From assembly GCA_963819145.1 (NCBI GenBank), contig CAWFVB010000011.1, positions 55,234 through 119,233 of the forward strand: a stretch of DNA of 64,000 bases, given 5' to 3'. Positions 29,519 to 37,311 of this stretch are shown in pieces (the first letter of the stretch is position 1; each line of letters starts with the position of its first letter). The notes below the pieces were generated by a model. It was not told the origin of the DNA. It was given only the letters and a program-made list of their open reading frames with translations, and did not search any database. Source of the stretch: an uncultured Acidobacteriaceae bacterium (GTDB lineage Bacteria > Acidobacteriota > Terriglobia > Terriglobales > Acidobacteriaceae). Both the position numbers and the translations under genes were made by a program.

Positions 29519-30802
29519 TCACGATGCCAGCCTGCCGCAGCCAGCGGCCGCCGCTGGCCGGATATACGCCGTCCCGGCGTGGTTCAAACAAGTAAAATAT
29601 TCCGAACACGGCGGCACAAACCAGCAGCCCAGCCCCCGCCTCGAGCAGCGATGACGCTGGAACCGCGCTTCAATCAGCACGTATGGCGCAAACATCAAAC
29701 ACCATGAGACCAGGACGCAGGCACCCATCACCAGCCGCACCGAGGAGTATCGAGAATAGAGCAAGCTCCACGCGATGAGGGCAAGGTGAATGGCGAACGA
29801 TAGTGTGTACGGAAACAGCAAGCCCGGTTGCTGCCAGATCCGAAAGAGAAAAAGCCACACCAGTCCGGCCGATGACACGCATAAAACAGCCCGGAGATTG
29901 TGTGTACGGTTCGCCTCCGTAATCCCTGCGGGGAGGGACGACGCCACAAATACTATGGCCGGCGGTATCAGCCACTGCCATCCTCCCAGGGCCCACGAAA
30001 CGTACAGGACCAATGCCGAAGCCAGCAACCCGCTGCCCTGCAGTGTGGTCTTGCGGCCATAGGCGGTCACAAAAATGACCAGCGCAACCAACACCCGAAA
30101 TCGGTTCCACAGTTGGCCCAAAGGCATTGCCAAATAGAGTTTCAGGAGAATGAACACGCCGAGGGGAATAAAGATATTGTCGAGCCCTCGCCAGGCAATC
30201 GCCTCGAGCAACATTACGATCAGGCCAATGTTGAGCGAGATCAGCAGAGTCTCGATCCGGCCGGCATCCGAAAACACGAGCAAAGCTACGTGTACGCTGA
30301 AAAAAGCCGCGCCGAAGAAAGCAATCGAGCCCTCCATGCTCTTTGTAGCTCCAGTGGCCCTGAATCCGTGCTTACCGTATTCGGCACCCGTCAGCGCGGC
30401 CACCGTATCTGCCAGCGTCAGGACAACCAAGGGGACGGCGTACACCAGTTTTCCGCCATTCGCGAGTTGATAGAGCAACGCGACTGACATGGGAAAATAG
30501 ATTTCTCCCCAGGACTCGCGCGCAACGTCATCCAGCACTCCCGACATTTGCTTGCGAATCGGTCCCAAATATCGAATGGCCAGCAGCAGCGCGATCGAGG
30601 CCCCGCAGAGAATGAAAACCGGCGCCTTGCTGGAGAAAATCCACGGCAGGCTGATCGAGAGAATTCCCGTCCCGATGTGCGCCAACTTGCGAATCCACTC
30701 GCCGTCGGCACCCATCCACTTGCGGTAGAGGCGCAGAAACAGCAGCATCGCCAGCGCGCAAGCCAGCACGATTAGAAGGGCCACCGTGTCGTGGATAGTC
30801 AT
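29519..30802 (-). CDS. Polytopic membrane protein with an N-terminal CTP-transferase-1 / polyprenol (dolichol, phytol) kinase-like domain
   Basis: 427 aa. RKLAHIGTG and KSMEGSIAFF motifs resemble the CdsA / dolichol-kinase / VTE5 family, followed by about 6 extra TM helices. ATGA overlap with the upstream gene. The last ~45 codons look frame-shifted (see findings). Confidence 0.65.
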   Translation of the reverse strand: MTIHDTVALLIVLACALAMLLFLRLYRKWMGADGEWIRKLAHIGTGILSISLPWIFSSKAPVFILCGASIALLLAIRYLGPIRKQMSGVLDDVARESWGEIYFPMSVALLYQLANGGKLVYAVPLVVLTLADTVAALTGAEYGKHGFRATGATKSMEGSIAFFGAAFFSVHVALLVFSDAGRIETLLISLNIGLIVMLLEAIAWRGLDNIFIPLGVFILLKLYLAMPLGQLWNRFRVLVALVIFVTAYGRKTTLQGSGLLASALVLYVSWALGGWQWLIPPAIVFVASSLPAGITEANRTHNLRAVLCVSSAGLVWLFLFRIWQQPGLLFPYTLSFAIHLALIAWSLLYSRYSSVRLVMGACVLVSWCLMFAPYVLIEARFQRHRCSRRGLGCWFVPPCSEYFTCLNHAGTAYIRPAAAAGCGRLAS

Positions 30803-31914
30803 GCGACCTCCTCGACCACGAGCGCACTGTAGAAGAAGGCCTGATCGCGGGCGAACAATTGCTCGCTCAATTCGGAGAGCGGGCGCAGGACTGCTGCGAG
30901 CGATTCAGGGCGACGGCGCGGCGCCAGCATGTTCCAGTAAGCGAGACGGGCGCCAGGGAGAGCGCTCGACACGATCAACCGCAGCAATTCCTCGTAGGAC
31001 GACGGCGACATGTACTCGAAAATGTCGCTCAGGTTGAAGCAGTCAAACTTCTGATCACCTTGGAGTGATTCTTCCAGTGACGAGCATCTCCAAAGCAGCC
31101 GGTCAAGATTGCGCCGAATCGGCTCGAAGTTCTCTTCGCGCAGGGCGACGGGGAGCACGGCCGGAAGGCCAGGCCGCGACCCGGGATTGTGATAGCCGGT
31201 CAGTATCCAATGAATGTAGGGATTCGCCGCCGGTTCCAGCACGGTCAGGGCGTATTCGGTGCGCTTGAGAATTCGATCGGCGACGCTGCCGTCCACGTAG
31301 CGAAAGAACTCCGGATCACGGCCCAGCAGGCCCATCACGGTCCGGGAAAAGAATACGCGGAACATGAGACGCCAGCGGAGATTGTTCCACCGATTGTCGT
31401 AGAACGAGCGCCGCTCCGGCGCCGATTTTGGCAGCAGCAGTTCGCGAACGCGCCCGCGAGAGTGAACCAGCGGCATGACACGATCGCGGAATATTTTGAA
31501 ATAGTGCTCGAACTTGCCAACCGAACCAATTCCTGCCGAAATCAAGCGCGGCCGTTCATCCCAGAAAGCAAGCGCATTGGCCGACAGATGCTTGCGGCAG
31601 GCTTGATAGAGGCGCAGGCGATCGTTGCTCTCGACGGACCCGACCAGCGCGAGCAACTCCCCGTGTTGGAGCGTGCGATAGGCCGCCACACGCAGTTCCA
31701 GGCACGAAAGCTGTGCCGCGCTGAGATCCAGCGCGAGCACACTCTCGGGGTGACGCGACAAGAGCGCCAGCGTATTGTCGCCGGCCGAAGCGATCGAGAG
31801 ACAACGCTTTCCGGGACCAGGATCGAGCGCGGCAAGCAAAACGTCGGCATCTTCCCAGCACTGTGCGTAACGAATGCCCGAAAAATCGGCGCGGTCTGCC
31901 GCTTCGCTACGCAT
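30799..31914 (-). CDS. DUF3419 family protein (BtaA-like, SAM-dependent 3-amino-3-carboxypropyl-transferase family)
   Basis: The sequence IRYAQCWEDADVLLAALDPGPGKRCLSIASAGDNTLALL...LDLSAAQLSCLELR is characteristic of DUF3419/BtaA. Start taken at ATG 31914 (MRSEAADR), 8 nt inside the upstream gene. The tracked ORF starts at 31974. Confidence 0.8.
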   Translation of the reverse strand: MRSEAADRADFSGIRYAQCWEDADVLLAALDPGPGKRCLSIASAGDNTLALLSRHPESVLALDLSAAQLSCLELRVAAYRTLQHGELLALVGSVESNDRLRLYQACRKHLSANALAFWDERPRLISAGIGSVGKFEHYFKIFRDRVMPLVHSRGRVRELLLPKSAPERRSFYDNRWNNLRWRLMFRVFFSRTVMGLLGRDPEFFRYVDGSVADRILKRTEYALTVLEPAANPYIHWILTGYHNPGSRPGLPAVLPVALREENFEPIRRNLDRLLWRCSSLEESLQGDQKFDCFNLSDIFEYMSPSSYEELLRLIVSSALPGARLAYWNMLAPRRRPESLAAVLRPLSELSEQLFARDQAFFYSALVVEEVA

Positions 31915-34573
31915 CAGCTTTCCTCGGAACGAGCCGGCGGACGATTCCCGCGGAGCCGTCCAACTCGACCACATCCCCGTCCTGAATCCATTCGAGTAGT
32001 CCGGGAATCGAGATCACGGCTGGAATTCCAAGTTCACGGGAAACGATAGCCGAGTGCGAAAGCAAGCTTCCGCGCTCGACGAGCAGGCCGCTCGCCGAGG
32101 GGAAGAGCATGATCCAGCCGGGATCGGTGTGGTCGGCGACCAGAATACAGCCCGCCGTCAAGCGCGCATTCTTGGGATCACGCACCACTCTCGCCGTTCC
32201 CCTCACAATGCCAGGACAACATCCCAGACCTGTCCTCTCTTCACCTCCGGCGGCAGCGCTTACACTTGGTCTGCTCGATCGATAATTTTGCGCATGGTAT
32301 ACCGGGCCGCGAGTCTCAAAGCGATCTGAGGGAGCCTCGCCTTCCCGGTAGACCGAAAACTCCTTCTTCCTCACTGCCACCAAAGTCCGCAGATCGGCGG
32401 TGCTCGCGGTTCCGTCGTTGAAGGCGAGGATTTCGCCCACTTCCAGGTAGAAGACATCGCGCGCGTCATCGAGCCGTCCGATGGCTTCGAGGCGGCGACC
32501 TGTCTCCAGGAAAAGCCGGCGGATGGTCCCAAACAATCGCGTTCGCTCAAAACGAAGGTTCTCACGGTTGCGGACGCGCTTGCGCGCCTGGCGCATGACC
32601 CAAAACAAGATTCGCCTGCGAAAGGGTGAACCCGCAAGCGCTTTCCGCATCTTTTCTTCGGCCTTGTATTTGTCCTGACCCTCGGGGATTTTCTCCGCGG
32701 GCGGTGTGCGTGTAATCGAAGCGGCGCGCGCGACTTCTGCGATGTTTCGCAACAAGACCAGAGGATCGTCGTGTAGAGTCTCGCTCTCCAGTTTCAGCTC
32801 CTCCAGACAACGATCGCCAAACTTGGCTAGATAAGCGTCGAAGAGCGCAGAGAATTCCGGATACTTTCGCACGACTTGCAACGCTCTGGCCCCGGGAGCC
32901 TCACGAAGAACTGTCACCAGTTCGGGATGAGCGGCTGCGACCACAGCCATTTCGCGCACGCGCACAGCGGGTTCCAGGCTGATGATATCTCCCTCACCGC
33001 GAATCGCGTCGTTCGCCAGCATTCCGTTGTCGTCCCCGCACCAGCGTGTGGTGAGCTTGCGAAAAGCGCCATGGAAGCTCATGGCGAAGAAATCATTGAC
33101 CAGGGGAGCGTCCCAGCGTAACAACAACTGCTGCTCAAGTTTGTAATAATGCGCCACCAGTTCATCGAGGCGCATATCTTCGAACGGCGGCTGTGGAGAA
33201 GCCAGCGCCTGATTCAGCCGTACATAAAACTCTTCGATTTGTCTGTCCAAAGTGATGTAGTTTCCCACAAGCCCAGCGGCCATTCCCACGCTGCGGAGCC
33301 CGTCGGCAATTCGATCCCGCGTGCTGGCTTCGGCCAATTCGCGGACGATCTCCTCAGGAAGACTCTCGCGAACCCCCATCATCTGTTCCATGAAGCGGCG
33401 ATTGAGCGTAAAACCCGGCAGCAGCGCCAACACTCGGTACCAATTCAGTAAGTTGTAGTAGATGCGGCCTTGAATGAGTCCCAGCATTCGTCTAAAAGTG
33501 CCTTCGTTGGCCGCGATCCTTGCCGTGGAAACATGCATGATGCGGCAAAACTGCCGGTACACGCCCTCATAGATGAAACGCGCGAACGAAAATGTCAGTG
33601 GGGTTGTAACGCCGTTATAACTCTCTGTGATGTTGCTGTTGTCCCAGAGATTGAGCGCGCCCTCGGGGTCGGCCAGATCACGAAGGGTAGTGATCGGGCG
33701 TGACTGCAATAGAAACAGTTGCTCGCCCTCGATGGCCCACTCTATATCCTGGGGCCGTCCGAATGCATGGGCAGCGCGTCGTGCAAGGGCCGCCACCGCG
33801 ATGGCCTGTTCGTCCGTTAGTGCCGGCTGCAAGGCGTCGGCATCACTTAATGTCACGGCCGAGACCCCGTCGGCGGCGGCAGGGTCAAAGCGATGAGAGA
33901 TATTCTTTCGCACGATCGCTCGGTCAACGATTGTCCCTGCGCGATCGACCTTGAACACGTCCGCAGCCGCTTCGCCACCGACCAGCGCCGTTCCTAGCCC
34001 GGGCACGGCCGAAACCACCGCCAGCGAGCGCTGTCCGCTGACAGGGTCAGCACTGAAGGCTACGCCGGAGACGTCCGCGACGACCATCTTTTGTACAAGT
34101 ACCGCAGGGGCGGTAAGCAACGCGCTCGGCAGTCCATGCTGGCGGCGATATTCGAGAATGCGCTCACTGAACCCAGAGCGCCAGACGTCCGCGACTTTGC
34201 TGCCGATTCCGTCCGCGGATACGAAAAGAAAAGTGTCAAATTGCCCAGCGAACGAATGCTGCGATCCGTCTTCGTCGACTGCCGACGAACGCACCGCAAA
34301 ACGGCCTCCTTCGCCAGACAAGTCCCGCAATGCATCGCTCACGCCGTGCTGAATCTCGTCCGAAGGCATAACCGCGAGCAGGGCTGCGCGTGTCTGCTCA
34401 GGATGCTCGGATGCGAGAGCGACGAGTTGTTCTTTCGTCAAGCTGGCGGCAAACGCGGACGGGGGAATCACGAACCAGGGAGGAATGGGAAGCCGCGCCT
34501 GCTCTAATCGCCAGAGCGATAGTGCCTTGCCGCCGAGTTCCCGTAGTCCACCCTCGCGCAAAGCCCAACTCAC
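31907..34573 (-). CDS. PEP-utilising enzyme with rifampicin-phosphotransferase-like domain order (N-terminal PPDK_N ATP-grasp, large middle domain, C-terminal phosphohistidine swivel)
   Basis: N-terminus GGKALSLWRLEQARLPIPPWFVIP and FAVRSSAVDEDG (PPDK_N). C-terminus TDPGWIMLFPSASGLLVERGSLLSHSAIVSRELGIPAV (mobile His domain). The GTG at 34573 overlaps the UbiA TGA (GTGA). The tracked ORF's extra 92 codons lie inside the UbiA gene. Confidence 0.85.
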   Translation of the reverse strand: MSWALREGGLRELGGKALSLWRLEQARLPIPPWFVIPPSAFAASLTKEQLVALASEHPEQTRAALLAVMPSDEIQHGVSDALRDLSGEGGRFAVRSSAVDEDGSQHSFAGQFDTFLFVSADGIGSKVADVWRSGFSERILEYRRQHGLPSALLTAPAVLVQKMVVADVSGVAFSADPVSGQRSLAVVSAVPGLGTALVGGEAAADVFKVDRAGTIVDRAIVRKNISHRFDPAAADGVSAVTLSDADALQPALTDEQAIAVAALARRAAHAFGRPQDIEWAIEGEQLFLLQSRPITTLRDLADPEGALNLWDNSNITESYNGVTTPLTFSFARFIYEGVYRQFCRIMHVSTARIAANEGTFRRMLGLIQGRIYYNLLNWYRVLALLPGFTLNRRFMEQMMGVRESLPEEIVRELAEASTRDRIADGLRSVGMAAGLVGNYITLDRQIEEFYVRLNQALASPQPPFEDMRLDELVAHYYKLEQQLLLRWDAPLVNDFFAMSFHGAFRKLTTRWCGDDNGMLANDAIRGEGDIISLEPAVRVREMAVVAAAHPELVTVLREAPGARALQVVRKYPEFSALFDAYLAKFGDRCLEELKLESETLHDDPLVLLRNIAEVARAASITRTPPAEKIPEGQDKYKAEEKMRKALAGSPFRRRILFWVMRQARKRVRNRENLRFERTRLFGTIRRLFLETGRRLEAIGRLDDARDVFYLEVGEILAFNDGTASTADLRTLVAVRKKEFSVYREGEAPSDRFETRGPVYHAQNYRSSRPSVSAAAGGEERTGLGCCPGIVRGTARVVRDPKNARLTAGCILVADHTDPGWIMLFPSASGLLVERGSLLSHSAIVSRELGIPAVISIPGLLEWIQDGDVVELDGSAGIVRRLVPRKADA

Positions 34574-35490
34574 GCTGCACCCCACTGCCGCAAAACCATC
34601 GGAATGAATCCCAGGCTCAGGTACATCAACAGGCTCCAGACACCTGACATTGCCTCGATCCACTTCCCGCGCTTCGGCACACTCCCTTGCAGAAAATAGG
34701 CTCCAACACCCGCTGCAGCGATGAACAGTGTCACCAACAGGATCAGGATAGGACGAGAAAATCCGATACCGCGAGCTGCGACGTAGGCAAAACCTGCTGT
34801 ACAAGCGATCATCGCAAGCCAAGCTATGACGGCATTGCGCCGTCCCCAAAGGAAGGTATAGGTTTCCACTCCGTTTTCCTCGTCCTGTGGTGAGCGAATC
34901 TTCCGTCCGATCTCAACCACCATGCCGTTGAAGAAACTGACGAGCAGGAACCATAGCAAACCGCGGGGAGGTCGGACTCCGCCGGCGGGAACCCACTCGC
35001 AAGAAGTGGTGTACAGGTCAACCAGAGGCATGATGGCCATGTGCGTAACCATATATGTGATCGGTCGCGCCTTTAGCCACCGCCGCGCGAAGAATTCTTT
35101 GCTCATCAAGCCGAGATAGAGCCAGGTAAGAAGCAGCAGCATAATGAGCCTTGGCGCCAGCCAGAGGGCAAGTGCCAACTGGATTCCGATGCAACCCGCC
35201 CATACCCAACCAAGATCACGAAGACTAACTAACCCGCGTGGGACCGGGCGATAAGGGCGAAAGCGCGAGTCCTCTTCGAAATCCTTGAATTCGTCGGCGA
35301 TGCGAAGCTGGAGAAAGAACAGGAACGAACTGGCGAAGGCCACCACGCAAGATCGCCAGCCTGGCAGGTGATGCATGCCTCGGATCAGCGCCGAGTAACT
35401 CACCGCCGAGAGACTGAACGCCGCTATTAGCGGAGAGTGGGCGAATACAGGAAAGCGCTCGCGCTGGTAAATCCACCAGCGGTTAGCCAT
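34570..35490 (-). CDS. UbiA-family intramembrane prenyltransferase
   Basis: 306 aa with about 8 TM helices. Both Asp-rich motifs are present: RIADEFKDFEEDSRFRPYRPVPRG and IRSPQDEENGVETY. Confidence 0.85.
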   Translation of the reverse strand: MANRWWIYQRERFPVFAHSPLIAAFSLSAVSYSALIRGMHHLPGWRSCVVAFASSFLFFLQLRIADEFKDFEEDSRFRPYRPVPRGLVSLRDLGWVWAGCIGIQLALALWLAPRLIMLLLLTWLYLGLMSKEFFARRWLKARPITYMVTHMAIMPLVDLYTTSCEWVPAGGVRPPRGLLWFLLVSFFNGMVVEIGRKIRSPQDEENGVETYTFLWGRRNAVIAWLAMIACTAGFAYVAARGIGFSRPILILLVTLFIAAAGVGAYFLQGSVPKRGKWIEAMSGVWSLLMYLSLGFIPMVLRQWGAA

Positions 35491-35925
35491 GATCCACCTG
35501 GCCTCGGCAAACGGCGCCGCGAGCTAGCTTCTCGGGCGCCCGAGCGAAATCATGGGAACAAATCGCACCGGTCAACGAGATTTCTCCGGCGACATAGATT
35601 CCGCCAAAGCACGAGCATGCCACGCGCCGGCCACACCCAGACCCTGCAGGCACGCGTGTTGAGTTGGGAGCGACTGTGCGAACTCGGGCGCAGACTTATT
35701 TTCGAGGAGATGCTTCAGGGGTTTGCCTGCTCGCTCTTCACTGCTTGCCACCCGTTTTCTCCTGGAGCACTGAGATCGGTTTTCGGCCCGCGCCGTAGAC
35801 AACAATGCTTGGGAGTATAGTGCACGAACAGGAAGGAATCGAATCGCGAAGCACATCGGAAGACAACAGCCTACGTCGCCCGCGCACGGGCCGGCTCCGG
35901 CCGCGAGAACAGCCTTGGAGTGATA

Positions 35926-37311
35926 CTACCTGGGGTTTTCAGCCATTGGGAGCCGCACTTGAAAGTTCGTGTTTCCAGGCTTCGAATGCACCTGAATATT
36001 CCCGCGGTGCTTCCTCACGATGCGTTGGACTGTGTCGAGCCCGAGCCCCGTTCCTTCTCCCACGCCCTTGGTCGTAAAGAAAGGCTCAAAAATATGGGTC
36101 TCGATTTCCGGCGCAATCCCCGGTCCGTTGTCGCCGATCTCCACCACGACGCTGTTCTCCTCGCGATACGCGCGAACTCGCAGCTCACCTTTTCCGCGCA
36201 TGGCGTCAATAGCGTTGTCAATCAGGTTAGTCCAGACCTGGTTGAGCTCGCTCCCGAAGGAATTCACCAGCAGGGGAACCTTCTGGTAGTCCCGCAGCAC
36301 CACAACGCCATGTTTGAGTTTGTGGTTCATGATGATCAGCGTAGTTTCCAGGCTCTTCACAATATCAACGTTCTGCACAGGAGCCTGATCCATGAATGTG
36401 TACTGCTTGATCGCGGCTACCAGGTCGGAGATTCGCGATGCACTGCTCTCGATTTCGCTCAGCAGATTCGCAATCTCCACTGACGCCGCAATCCTCACCA
36501 GCGCAGCCCGGGCAGTTTCCGCATCGAGGGTTCCGAACAGCGATTCCAGCATCTCAGGCTTGACGCTCTTCCGCGCCAAATCCGCAGCCAGTTGCCACAA
36601 ATCATTTTGTCCATGACTGCGCAGCAACGAATCCAGTTGTTCCTCGAGGTCGCTGGTGGTCAGGGGATCCGGTGGAGGTTCGTTGCGCGCAACGAAAAAG
36701 GCTTCCAGCTTTTCGATTTCCGCCTTCTGCTCCGGGGTCAGAACACGTCTTCCCAGCTCCAGGCTGGCGTCCCTTATCTTCTTCAAAATGTCGCGCAGCT
36801 GGCTCGCGGCACGTTTTGCTGCGGAAGCTGGATTGTTGAGCTCATGCGCCAATCCAGCTGAAAGTTTGCCTAACCCAGCCAGCCGGTCGCGCTGTTGCTC
36901 GAGCCGCGTCGTCTCGCGAATGCGGTCGGACATCAAGCCCACCAGGCGCTTGGTCAACTCCGGCATCTTTTGCACGAGATCCGGAAACTGGGAAGCGGGA
37001 AATCGTAATGCGTGACTGTCGGTCTCGGCTCGCAGGCTCACCGTAAACTGCTTCATTCTCGAAAACGGCAGCACTCCGGTGACGTCCCCCGGGCTGATGG
37101 TGAAGGTGACGGTATCGCCGGCAAATTCGCCGCGGCCCTGAATCTGTCCCTCCAACAGTAGAAACATCGCGTCGGCCGGATCGCCTTGACGCGAGTAACT
37201 GCCGCCCGCCGCGAGCCGAAGTTCCTGCGATTGGCTGATGAACCAGGTGATCTGGTCCGGCGGTAAATCCGCGAAGATTGGGAAGCGAAGCAGCTCCGAG
37301 TTATCGACCAT
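35926..37311 (-). CDS. Sensor histidine kinase with an N-terminal cyclic-nucleotide-binding (cNMP) domain
   Basis: 461 aa. cNMP-like beta-roll (FPIFADLPPDQITWF...GDPADAMFLLLEGQI), HisKA H-box (LSAGLAHELNNP) and HATPase_c (N, G1, G2 boxes: DNAIDAM, GDNGPGI, GTGLGL). Confidence 0.85.
   Translation of the reverse strand: MVDNSELLRFPIFADLPPDQITWFISQSQELRLAAGGSYSRQGDPADAMFLLLEGQIQGRGEFAGDTVTFTISPGDVTGVLPFSRMKQFTVSLRAETDSHALRFPASQFPDLVQKMPELTKRLVGLMSDRIRETTRLEQQRDRLAGLGKLSAGLAHELNNPASAAKRAASQLRDILKKIRDASLELGRRVLTPEQKAEIEKLEAFFVARNEPPPDPLTTSDLEEQLDSLLRSHGQNDLWQLAADLARKSVKPEMLESLFGTLDAETARAALVRIAASVEIANLLSEIESSASRISDLVAAIKQYTFMDQAPVQNVDIVKSLETTLIIMNHKLKHGVVVLRDYQKVPLLVNSFGSELNQVWTNLIDNAIDAMRGKGELRVRAYREENSVVVEIGDNGPGIAPEIETHIFEPFFTTKGVGEGTGLGLDTVQRIVRKHRGNIQVHSKPGNTNFQVRLPMAENPR

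Noticed and set aside
34574-34849. Upstream 92 codons of the 980-aa PEP-utilising ORF.
   Set aside because: This part lies inside the UbiA gene in another frame and has no PPDK_N similarity. The conserved domain begins right after the GTG at 34573, which forms a GTGA overlap with the UbiA stop.
35572-35856. 94-aa minus-strand ORF in the gap upstream of the six-gene operon.
   Set aside because: No family resemblance and weak coding character. It is kept only as a possible leader peptide in the findings, not called as a gene.
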